This document shows, piece after piece, positions 1 through 12,176 of a stretch of 64,000 bases of DNA (position 1 is its first letter; every line of letters begins with the position of its first letter). A program made the translations under genes and the position numbers. Under the pieces are notes generated by a model. It made no database searches. It was not told the origin of the DNA and was given only the letters and a program-made list of their open reading frames with translations. Origin of the DNA: Antedon mediterranea (Eukaryota; Animalia; Echinodermata); contig NC_092675.1 of NCBI RefSeq assembly GCF_964355755.1, positions 10,039,812 to 10,103,811 of the forward strand, read 5' to 3'.

Positions 1-885
1 GCTTTGAAACAGGGTCGATAATTTTCGATACGAACAAATTGGCCGAAATCTATTTACCAAGTAGGCCTATCAGCGAATTTCGATTATTAATTCAAGAAAT
101 ATCCCTATTTATTAATTTTAACACCTGAAAGTAATTATTAGTGACGTCACTTGATTATAAACAACTAGTGTTTACTATTTTTTTTTAGTGTTTCAATGTA
201 CCCCATGTATATTTTATAACACAATGTCCTGTGTTTTTTCATTATTTTAGTCATTTTAGGACTTAGGCCTAACATTTTGTATTATTAATTATATTTTATC
301 AGTATTGTTAGATCCATATTATTTGATGATTTGCTAGCATTATTATAGTTTATATGTTTAAGCATATATACTGATTGCCGTTTCAATGCACCCCGGGATA
401 TTTTGGAAGTTTCAAGACAATTTTTTTCAGAATTATTATCAAAAACACAAAATTTGTTTCAAAGCGCCTAGCCTCTGTCTCCCCTAATAGCAATCTCATT
501 TTATTGAGAAACTTCATTCTCCCCAAGCCCTATTCCACAACCCACCAAAAATAAACAAAGAAAAAAAAACAACAGGCAAGTATTGAGAACAATGAGGATC
601 AACCATGGACCTATGGATCAACCTTTGTACTAATGATTGATAGTAGGCATACTGTATAACTCATTCTAAATTATCTCCAGATTACAGAGGGCGTCCTTTA
701 ACCAATTATATTTGTGCACCACTTTATTGATTACAAACTTCTAATCACATTACGAATTAATATTTTAGTAAAACTGCAATGAATTTATTTGGAAAATTTT
801 AAAAATGAAGCAGCAACAGTCAAAAAAACAATATAAGAGTCCATCAAAAGAACTAGTTTGTTTAATGCTATTCACAAATCAGTTC

Positions 886-974
886 GTCTCCGTGGCGCAA
901 TGGATAGCGCGTTGGACTTCTAATGTTTAACAGCTGGCATTCAAAGGTTGCGGGTTCGAATCCCGCCGGAGATG
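886..974 (+). tRNA. tRNA-Arg(TCT) with 16-nt intron (923-938)
   Basis: Acceptor stem GTCTCCG/CGGAGAT, D arm GCGC-AATGGATA-GCGC, anticodon stem TTGGA/TTCAA with TCT at 919-921, intron after position 37, T arm GCGGG-TTCGAAT-CCCGC, long oligo-T terminator immediately downstream. Confidence 0.96.
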
Positions 975-1494
975 TTCTTTTTTTTTTTTTTTTTTTTTTT
1001 AAACTCTATTTTTTAAAACTTTAGATTAAATAACAACTACTTTATGTTTTACAAATTTTGTTTTCTATTTATATTTTTCGTTTTGAGTTTTTTTTTTTGG
1101 TACATAAAAAATTATTTCCGTCACAAGAAACATGCAATAAAAAAGAGGGCGCTATTTATATTCAATCCCGAGCCATAATATCCATGGCTCTGATTCGATC
1201 ATCTTCCTTCAGTCACCAGGATAATAAATCAAAGTTGAGCATTAAAAAAAAACCAACATTATACCGGTATTCTATATTAAACTTTAAGCTGTGTGACATA
1301 AAAATGTAAAGTGTAACAATGACGAAGTCGATGAAATTATTCATACATAAATACAGTGTGTATTGTTGATGTAAAGACACAGATACAGTATATTAATAAC
1401 ACAACAGGCCTATTTTATAATTTGTTTTATGCGAAATAACGGTAAAAGAAATAGAATAGGAAAACGAACGTCTAAAACAACATTATTATTTTAC

Positions 1495-1845
1495 CTTTTA
1501 AAACTGTATTTTCATTGGATATAGGTGGCGTCCACGTCCTTGCGACAGGTGCCGATACAGGTGTAGTAGTAGCCGCTGGCGACCAGACTTGATTAACTAC
1601 CCCATTTTGTAGATTGTTTGTTACAGTAAACTGTTTTTTGGGAGAAAGATGTATTCCAACGTCTGGACAGTCATCGTTAGTCCGGCGAACGCGTGACGTG
1701 GTTGTAGTGGTAGTTTTCTTGTAACTAGTCATCACTTGGGGCTGGTCGGCATCGCTTGATTGCTGTTTGTGTGGGGTTGCTGACCAGAGTGGTGCTTTTA
1801 TCCCCGGGACTATTGTAGAAGGTTGGAAACGTATACTATGGAATC
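1495..1845 (-). CDS. Synaptopodin-2/PDLIM-like PDZ gene, coding exon 5 (S/T/P-rich low complexity)
   Basis: Pyrimidine tract plus tacag acceptor, open phase-1 frame GFHSIRFQPST...WSPAATTT...WTPPISNENTVLK, donor AG|GTAAAA. Phase-compatible with exon 4. Downstream exons not resolved. Confidence 0.75.
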
Positions 1846-2106
1846 CTGTATTGGAGTGACAGCCAGAAAAAGAGAAAGAGAGAAAACCGTCACGATCTCA
1901 GTTAAATTAAATTGCCATGCTGAGTTGTTACAATAATCGTTTATTTTTCCACAAACAACAGCAAACCCTCTCTTCATCATCCACCCACACCCTCGACATT
2001 TTTATTACTCGACGTCTTAGGCAAAAATCATGAATAATTCATCAGATAAATTATGGGAAGAATTATGACATTATAGGGAGACGTCGAATCCCGGTCGTCA
2101 GCCTAC

Positions 2107-2301
2107 CTTTAGGAGTTGAATTATTGGTCTGTGGTCTTCCGCCATAAAAACGTCGCTCCCCCGTACTTGTTTCTGCTGTTGATTGTTTGTTGTTAACGCC
2201 CTGCTGGTGTAGAGCTTTGGTTCTCGTCTGTTCTGTTTTCCCATCTTCGGTTTGGAGTTTCGTCACCGTGGTTTGTTTAACAGATGATGTATTAAGGCTT
2301 A
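2107..2301 (-). CDS. PDZ gene, coding exon 4
   Basis: ttttag acceptor, 195 nt, phase 1/1, VSLNTSSVKQTTVTK...NNSTPK, donor AG|GTAGGC. Confidence 0.75.
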
Positions 2302-2490
2302 CTAAAATTAAACGAAAACTTTTATAATACAACAGTAGTTAGAAATAATATAATTAATACTATTTATATAGTCCGCACATGAATTAGAAAATAGCCTGAT
2401 ACTCCGACACAAGCTATAATAATAACGCACAATTAAATAAATGTGTCTTTACCGACATTGGAAATGGATATAATAATATATGAAACTTAC

Positions 2491-2588
2491 CTGTCGAATT
2501 TATTTTGGGAGAAATCTCTATTTTTGCAGTCTTACGAACCGGTGAAGTGACAGGTTTTGCTGCCTCCGAGTCCAGAACGTTATTCTTC
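2491..2588 (-). CDS. PDZ gene, coding exon 3
   Basis: ttttcgatag acceptor, 98 nt, phase 2/1, KNNVLDSEAAKPVTSPVRK...INST, donor AG|GTAAGT. Confidence 0.8.
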
Positions 2589-2727
2589 CTATCGAAAATA
2601 CGATATAATTTCAACAACACGATTATAATTTTTTTGGCATATGTAAATAACTTTACAACAGGGTCTCGTGGCATTAATGTTAATAAGAATACTTGTTTAA
2701 ATAATTTCAAATTTAACACTATCTTAC

Positions 2728-2879
2728 CGTTTTACCTCTATGATTAGCATATCTGTAGCATTTTCCACGTGCGTCATCGCGTCGTCTCGTGACGCGTTTC
2801 CGACGGGTTTTCCGTTTATTTTTACGACTATGTCTCCTTCCTGGAGTTTCGCATTGTAAGCCTTGCTTCTTCTTCTGAT
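2728..2879 (-). CDS. PDZ gene, coding exon 2 (second half of the PDZ domain)
   Basis: tttgtag acceptor. 152 nt read IRRRSKAYNAKLQEGDIVVKINGKPVGNASRDDAMTHVENATDMLIIEVKR (GD..ING PDZ motif). Donor CG|GTAAGA. The ORF track shows a different frame here. Confidence 0.93.
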
Positions 2880-5800
2880 CTACAAAGAATAAATATGTAT
2901 ACAGTAATTGATTGTATACAACTAATTTACCGTTCGGCTGGTATAACTTAGGTTCAACATAGTATTCAACAAGAAATTCTGGATTCGTAAAAATGGGGTT
3001 GATGATACCAGTCATCGAACTGTCAATTTACACCAAGAGAGTTGTATAGTTTTGGCGATATCTGAATAAAATAAAATTTCATTTAGTTTGGAAAAACTGC
3101 ACAATGCCTTCTGTTCGATGTGTTTACACTCAATGTGGTGCTGTACACAACTAATCAGTGACCTGCAGCGACGCTGAAAAGAAGTGCATCAATTCATAAA
3201 CAAACTTAAATTTTAATAGTGACCTTTTCATCTTTATTCAATCATAGTTGCTCACATTCTAGCAGTTCGACCTAATTTGAATGTATGATTCCAGACGAAA
3301 TTTAACACACGGTAAGCGAAAGTGGTTCCAGTTTCCTAGAGAGAAGATGCTAAAACAACATCAATGATTGTATCTCTTCTTCTGGAAAGGGCCGAAGATG
3401 AGCCGACAAAACGACATATAGCGGCCTGCTGTGCGTATGCCTACAGGGAAAACATCCACAACCGACCAACTAGTCTAAATCAGTCTTTCTATTCAGTTAT
3501 TAAGCAGGCAGTCAATACTCATGATACTAATCAACGAACAAATAGGCCTAATAGTAATCATATTAGAACTAATATTAAATATTAAAATAATATAAATAAT
3601 AAATTCCATTTTACCATTGTTATGTTTTGTAACAAATCAAGTTCTTATGTTTTCATTTATTTTGTTTAAAAAATGCATGACATTTTGTTGATGCAAAACA
3701 ACTTAAACCGGTTACATTATTAAAATTATGTTAGTCACGACACATTTCACCAGATTTAAAACTAACCAAATTAAGCTTAGTGACATTCACATTCTTGTAT
3801 ACGATTCGTCCATTTCGTTATAAAAGTAAAATAATAGCATTAATGCTATAGCGACGACTACCATCCCATTGCCTTATATGGTAATCGTTGGGCTAAAGTG
3901 TTACACGTAAGTCACTAATTCAATAATGTTAAAGGCTATGAACATTTGCTGGGAAATAATGCTATAATGGGATTTACAGTGAGACATTGTAATTCACCAG
4001 ATATCATGTGTAACTAATTTCACTGAAGCGATCGGATCATTAAAAATATATAGGTGATTAGACAGTGACATATCCTAGTGAGTCGACGTGACCCCTACTA
4101 GTTGTTGATGAGAAATCTGGGCCTGTAGATCAAGTTCATCTTTTTAACAATCGGTTGGTTGTGATATCCGTTATTATTTCGAATGTATAAGTAAAACAAC
4201 TCAAACTTCCATTTTATAGGAAAGAGGTGTCCTTTTCTATGCTTCTAACTACAATTTAATTAGAAAGTGATCATTGAATATACAACGTAACGCGGCACTG
4301 TGATTGATGAAACATGCTTTATTTTCTTATGGCATGGTAAATATTTTCATTTAAGGGATATAGGGTGATCTGTCTTTTAAGTGCTATTTCTATCAATATG
4401 ACTGTCAATTTGTACTGTATATTCCGTCTACAGGAATAAAGTATAGAGAATACTTGAGTACGCGCACTGATATTCAATTATCATTAAGAAATTATTTAAT
4501 GTTACATACAGTTATTACAGTTAAAAAGAAATTAGGAGACCATTAATTTATGATATATGATATATCAATGCAACATTAATTGACGATTCAACTTCTATTG
4601 ATTAAGAACGTCATACGTGACGTCACAATTAAATCTAAAATAAAATGCAAGCATATTTTGTATTTATATGTATTTTGCACAGATGTCTATTTTCAAACCT
4701 CATCGTGAACAATAGTTTTTGACTAATGTACAACTATACATTTTTGAATGATTGAGTGATTTTAGATTTAAATTATGAACAAACAAAAATGATTCGTTGC
4801 ATTGTAGGCCTATTGTATTCAATTTGTTAACAAGTGGAGACCTTACTAGTAAATAAAGTATAATATATAATACCGTCATCTGTCTTAAAATGTTGTTGAG
4901 TACAAAAAATTAAACCCATCTATTAATGATTTTGTAGTTAAAAATGGTTATGGTTGTTCGTCGTTTGAAATTGGGTTTTATAATTGGAACCAGGGTGACA
5001 AATAAATGGAAAAATAGGTCACATGATAAGTACAGGCTACCAAGTGTTGACATAACATAATGATCAGTAGGCTGCCATTAATGTCATATAAATATATGTA
5101 GGACTGAGGTGAAAAGAATAAAACCGAAATAAAAAACACAGCTGCAAGACAACCAATACATTAGTATGGAACGCTGAGTGAATCATATTAAGTTGCAATT
5201 GATCACTGGAATAAAAAATAAAAAGATATACTGTAATATAAACGCAATAAAAAATTATTATATTAACAAATGCCTAATTTGACTTGAAAACACGCTTGAG
5301 AATAAACTATACTAGCCCAGTTCCGCTTTTCTTAAAATTGGTAAAAAACAGTGTATAGGCCTATTAGTATAAAGTAGGTTACCAAATACTATACGGTTTG
5401 CTTGTGAGATCTTTAAAAATCTCTGTATGACGCCTACCACCTTGATGGCTTGTGGTCTTTGAAGAAACACATGGTATTTTGACTAAATTCTAGTCCAAAG
5501 AAAATGATGGCTTTATCGGGAAATCGTAATTGATGGAGTCATGACCGACGGGAAATTGTAAACAAACTAAATTGATTGAATAAGAAAGAACCGATTTGTT
5601 CCGGCAAAGATCACGAGCACACGCAGGCCTGGTACCGAGAGCCACCATGGCGTACAAGAACTTTTCGAATATGATTCGTCAAACTCTGCTTAAGTATGTT
5701 CTGCAACAACGTAACATGGCGGCTATCGGATTGCAAAAACATTAAGTTATGGTGATAGAATATATTATATAGAATACCTTGTGTTATATGATCTATAGTA

Positions 5801-6399
5801 TAAGTTTTGATAAGTTGATTTAATTTCATACCATCTGTTTTTATAGAATGACAGTGCAGATGGAAAGAGAAATGGCTGGGTTCGTGAGCCAAAATAAAGG
5901 TTAGTCCCCAGAATGTACTCGTTTGGATGAGACGTAAAGTCGTCGGTCTAAAGTCACTCAACGACTGATTTTGTAATTGTTTTCCTATTCACTTTTACTC
6001 CAAAGCGGTCCGATTTTTGCTTGAATAAAGTTCAAGTGCTCCACACAGGGAGGCCATAAATCAAATGAACTTGCGGTCGTTCCTCTTGAAGATAATTTCT
6101 TATAATTAATAATTTTTAGTGTGATGGAATTCTTTGAGCAACAACATAATGCCATCATGCTAAAATACAATAAATACGTCTAATTTCATACAGTGTACAT
6201 TGTCTGATATTGACCTAGAAATCAAATAACGTTTTAAAACTGAAATTAATAAATATAGTTATTCTTGTATAACATGAGGGAAGGTAAATTGATATTTATG
6301 GAGGGGTATTTACACCTCGACCACCAGTATAATTAATTACTGTATGCGATGAGTACGATGTTAGATACAGATATAGTATACAAAATATATCTTCAAAAA

Positions 6400-6500
6400 T
6401 GATTAACGTACTTGGCTTCCAATCCCAAGGTCCCGGGTTCAATCCTGACGTGGTTGTAACTCACGACTCGTTCAACTCCACTCCCAAGCCTCAAATGAAA
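6400..6500 (+). mobile_element. tRNA-derived SINE copy
   Basis: B box GGTTCAATCC followed by GGTTGTAACTCACGAC...CCACTCCC..CCTCAAATG. A related reverse-complement copy is at about 38642-38752. Confidence 0.6.
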
Positions 6501-9500
6501 TAGTGAATCCTGAAAGTAATTTCAGTTGTTCGATGTTGGATGATGCGTAAAAGAACCGATATTGATAACATAATGTGGCACAAAATAAGTAACCTAACGA
6601 GCAGATAATGCTTTTATTTAATAAAACAATTGCATTCACTATATCCACCTATTATACAATGAATGAAATTCACACTTGAAGTGACCATCCATTGAGGGAT
6701 TTTCAGCTCCCAATCATCTGCTAGATCGATATGCTAGGCCTAACGGTTTTATCATTGTAATTATTACAATAAATTCCTCCATTGGTATGTGAGGTTCGAC
6801 TATACACAATTATTGGAAATCGGTTATATTAGCGGCTTTTATGTTCATGATGGTATGCTTATGTACATACAGTACACTTGTTATTCGCCGTTGAGCTTGT
6901 GATCGGGTCGGCGACTTTACAATGTAATCATGCGATTAAACCATTATGGATTTTGTATACGTACAAGTGCAAAAATATCAATATTTATATAAACAACCAA
7001 TTCTAAACCGCCTGATGATAAACTGAAAATGTATTAATTAATTTAAAACGATAAAGATAAGGAAATCTGTGAAAATGAGAAAAGGTCGTTTCAACTGAGA
7101 TTCGAACCCGGACCCTTGCAACATTTGAAATGCTTTGAACAGATAGAAAAAATATCACCGGTTTAGTTATGAATTCAAATGATCACAGGCGTGGTAATCA
7201 CCATGATCTGCAATTGTCAAATTTTACAACGTTAATTGTATATTCTATAATACCTCTATAGCAACTGAATAGACTGGTCCAATTCACTTTATTTATGTCT
7301 GTTACTTTAATTGAATTAATGTAGAGCGTAAAGGCCTACTTTATGATAGTGGAGGAAGAAGGGTTTATTTAAATTGACATGTTGTGTAAATAAGGTGTTA
7401 TTAATTAAACCTAGGTCATCCCCAGGAGATGGGATCAGCCAAAATCTAGTTCTTTAGAACCATAATGCATGTCACGTTAAAAATTGCTGTGATGTCATAT
7501 TGTTAGGAGAAACAAAATTGAGATGTGATTAGGCCACTTTGAAAGTTGACATTAATGTATCAAACGCTGTAAATGTGCAAGGATTAAACCGTTTGACTAG
7601 TATTAATCAAACACGACGAATGTCATAATATCATTATAAATAGCATTAATCAATGTAAAGCGATAAGCCGGCTAAATAACTATACTCTGGATGTTAGCAA
7701 TAACATGTACGGTATATCATTACTTGACTCGAAAACAACACAGTTTGTAAATAATCCTACTTTACAATATTATAAAGTATATTACAGTACTACATTGAAG
7801 TATTTCTGTTTTATCGCAAGCTGAACCGGATTGGAGCTGACGTCACCCCTTTCAAACTCATAAAAATAATTAATTTAATAGAATGAATAAATGTAATTCT
7901 TTATGCTATATAATACAATACTCATTTCTCCAAATTATAAATTTAAAAAAATGTTTTCACCAAATGTATATATATATATATATATATATTTGTTATTATT
8001 TTATTAATTAGAGAGGCCTATGCGTTAAGTTAAATCTTGGACAAATAAATCTCTCGCGCTCTATCCCTGGCAGCCCAAGGGCGAAATCTGGCATGACGTC
8101 ATAACTCGACATGGTCGAGGTGGCTGGGGTGATTACTTATTAATTGCTATTAGAAAAAAGTCTAGGCAAATGTATTTTGGATGATACCAGTCACAGGATC
8201 GAGTGGCGACAAAAACACAGCATATATGAAGATGAGCACTACAGCAATTAAATTATAATATATGATAAATTGTCAGCTGTCGCAGTTGACTTTGGAGCCT
8301 ACACAGTATGTGCACAGAATAACTATCATGTGCTGGCACAACATAAAACGCTTAATACACACTGAATGATACCTAAATACATGGAGTTAACACGCGTGGA
8401 TAATGTGAGTTTCACTGTTGTATAACGAAGTTGGGATGCCGAAAGTTACATTTTTGAAATGTCACAATATTACTCTATACCATTTTGTAGAAGTAAAGCA
8501 TCTAGCGTACATTGTAAGAACATCAAACATAGTTCTTCTCGTGTAAAAAGCAATTAAAACTGGAGGTCCACTTTATAGTACCCAGATGTCTATCAGCCCC
8601 TGTCGTATTGTCAATGGAGGCTGCCGTGGGTGTATGACCTAATCTAACTTTCCTCAATTTAGGTTATATATTATCAGGAAAACAAACCAATGCATCTCAG
8701 TTTAGTTTCCCACTCCTCATAAGTTTCTAAAAGTCTAGGCAAATGTCCGGTTTGCATGATACCAGTCACATGCAAGTTTCTCCAGCACAAGTGTATTCTA
8801 TGCCTACTTTCTTTACAACTGATTTTTATTATGAGGCCTACATTTGATATATCTTGTGACAATTGAATTGAACTACTGTATTTTAAAAGTCACATAAAAC
8901 GAATTCCGATCCGGGTTCGTAAATTCATTTAGGCCTAACAATACAACTCATTACAACTATGTAAAGGATTGGCCTCTTGTAATATTGTATGTATTATTTT
9001 CTATGTTTGTTGTTTTAGCCAAAAAGTAATTAAAGCCGTTAGAAAGTTCTTTCCTATCTTAACCTTTAACATTTGTACAGCCACATTTTATTCTGTATAT
9101 ACGAATATCTTTATTTATGTATCTCAACATTCTTCAGTTTTCAAGTACTGTATAGGCCTATGTCATGTAGAACGACGTAGTATTAAGAATGTTAATGAGA
9201 CAAGAACGCAATATGATACGCAACAAATGCAGACATTATGACGTACACATTGTATTTTACGCTACAATACAATACTGGTGTATTGAGGCTCACTAGTTCA
9301 ATCCTCGTTATTTATTCCATTAAAAAAAATGGCCAACGCTAACAGTACAGTCACTCTCTTGTACGGTCCAGGTACACATTCTCCTTTTTTTATATTAGTG
9401 TATATTTCTAATGTGTAAACAATAAAATGTACATACACAAACATTGTATTCAATTAATTGCATGATATAACGTTCTCATCAACTGCACATGTTCGTTCAT

Positions 9501-10759
9501 AGAGTATTACGCAGGTAGGCTAAGTTCTGTCTGTCAGGTCAGAACTTTTAATTTAAAACAGTTTGTTCTTGTCACGATTGAAAAATATTTCCAAAATTGT
9601 ATCCGTGTGCTACTCATTTACAGTATTTAAATACACGGAAATTTGAATCAATTTTCTTGCAGGCCAGGTGTTGGTAGGAACTCAAAGATCACGTATTAAT
9701 TATCCAATCATACTTTTACGCGGCACCACGCGTGGCTGGTTCGAAAGGTGACGACAAATTGACGTCACAATTTACAGTGCGTACTTTTAAAACTTCAAAA
9801 TATTATGATTAAATGATAAACTCGTGTGGTATACTAAACAATAATGATTTTAAATAACGTTCAAGAAGGCTTTATTCTTTTTTTTTTTTGCGGTATGATG
9901 GTTTATCATTTATATGTTTAAAAGATTGAAAATGATACGATAAAAGTATAAACTGAAAGTACAGTGTAAGACCGGTTTGTATTCTGATAATGACGATCGA
10001 TCAACACAGCTTTTTGGTTTAAAATACACACAATCTTATCAAGGATACTTGTATTGGACTATGACAAGAAATTGATTATTTGCAGTATCGTTGTTCTTTA
10101 CTTCATAAAGTAAAGTATGGCTTAACTATTCCTGACTATATAAATAAAAGTAAATCATATCAAGCACAAATGAGGCCTAGATAACCAATCCAATTCTCAT
10201 GGACGACGTATGCAATTACTAAATTTTAGGCCTAAATACAGGCACGTAGCCAATAACTTTCGGTAAATCTTTTGGGTTGAGGGGTGTGTGGGGATTGGCC
10301 CTTATTAGGCATGGAGGCTCGATGGGTGTCTCCGGGAAGGTTTAAATACACAAGAAGTCAACAACAAATGTCTATCAACCCATTTTAGCACGTATTTACA
10401 ATAACCGCGCTAAATCCTAAAATATTATAACTTATTAAATATCGTTCCCCAAATAGGGTTCATATCACACGTCGATCTTAGTATTCATCAGTGAAATTTG
10501 CACTTGAGATGGTTTGCTAGCTATCTGGGCCTACTGTAATAGCTGGGGAAAATGCATGGAATTCCGATCATACTAACAATTGATACGTCATTGGCATGTG
10601 GTACCGTGACATAATGATAGTCGACAAACCATCTTTTTCATTCCTTGAAACAGCTGACCCTGTTTTTTTTTTTCAACATAAAAAAAACCAGACGGTTTAT
10701 CAATATTTTATTACCGAACATGAAACCATAGAAACATCTGGTAGTTCCGCATCACTTAC

Positions 10760-10864
10760 CTTTGAAATCATGAGTGGGGAATTTGTTCCAGCTCCCCCTT
10801 GCAATCTAAACCCCCACGGTGTACCTCCGGTAAGATTAGCACATATTACATCCTCGTTTACCAT
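10760..10864 (-). CDS. PDZ gene, coding exon 1 (first half of the PDZ domain; synaptopodin-2/SYNPO2L-like)
   Basis: MVNEDVICANLTGGTPWGFRLQGGAGTNSPLMISK (PWGFRLQGG signature), 105 nt, donor AAG|GTAAGT in phase 0, joins exon 2 in frame across a 7.9-kb intron. Confidence 0.93.
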
Positions 10865-12176
10865 CTTTCTAGGCCTATTATACCGTTTGTTGACAAAATG
10901 GTAGCGGGTTCGAAACGTCGTTGGTCCTGTCAAACTTTATTTTCCTAGTGCGTGTTTATTGCTCCTGGTTTCGGCTTGGCGATTCCATTCTCATGTCACT
11001 CATGCAATTTGATGCTACCAACACACGCCTACCACAACATGACGTAATAATGAACTTTACAAAGCTAGAGGGCAGTCTTACATCTCATCTTTTAATGTCA
11101 AAGTTAAAAGCTGTTCATTTTTCAAAGTGCTTCTTTGTTAAATAATTGACCATCTCGAAACTTGCTATTTGGTTTAAAACAATTATTTAAAAACTAAAAC
11201 TTAAAATATTCCATAAGCAAGCTTCTATCCAGACAACTTTAGACCTACTGATGCAACAAACCGCTCCTTGTTGATCTATTATATTATTTGAACAGTAAGT
11301 AAGGCATGCATGGTTATTAATTCGATAAATAAAGTATAATACAATTACAAATTGCAGGCATACATGCTCTTGAGGTGAATGGTTGATTTTTAGATGGGGT
11401 GATATTTTTAATGTTTCTCATAATCGTTTAGATTTTTAGATTCAATATACAAAATATAGGCTCTGGATGACAATATTATTATTATCAACGATGAATATAA
11501 CTAAAATTACTATATTTAAAAAATATAGCTTACCAATGTACAACCAAGAAAATAATCCTCTCAGAGTAAGAAGCCATAGTTACATTCACTATACACATAT
11601 ACTATCACACTACTACATTATACAGTTATTTTTGTATCCCAATCGTGAAGACTAAAATACTGCAACTAAGCGATTGGATAATCAACAAGGTAGGGGCGTT
11701 CCTTAAGCACAGACCTATCACACGGCTACAAGACGACCCCTGTGAATGTGGAAATGGCACTGACGTACATGAGAGGGGTCGCGCAGGGAACACAAAGGCT
11801 TTATATCGGTTATGTTCCGACGACGATGGCTTATTATTATCCCATGCATTCCAGTGTTTTTAAGCTGAGTGTACCTCATTTTCTATTGTTAATGTGATAT
11901 AAAGATATACTTTTATATTTAAGAAATTGACCTTTGTATCGGAATTTAAATAGGTTCACAAACTTGACCCAGAAAGTCCGAAGGAGAGTTTGTCCAGGAA
12001 GGATCTAAATCTCCCTACTCCAATCCAGGAGTTCTTCTACGCATGTGTAGATATCTACTACGTCATCATATATATATCGTATTTTACTTGCGGTCCGGCC
12101 ATGTAGTATTTTACTCGTACTTCGCTATTTTCTACCGTATTACTTAAATATCGCTTTCCCAGACCATCCTCCTCAG

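Noticed and set aside
1150-1215. Possible terminal exon of the PDZ gene (DDRIRAMDIMARD*)
   Set aside because: Weak, ambiguous acceptor (GAAG|GAAG) and no homology support.
2719-3015. 98-aa protamine-like ORF as a standalone gene
   Set aside because: Its basic stretch is the alternative frame of PDZ exon 2. It is kept only as a low-interest finding.
5611-6170. ORFs in PDZ gene intron 1 as extra exons
   Set aside because: No motif similarity, and exons 1 and 2 already join into a complete PDZ domain.
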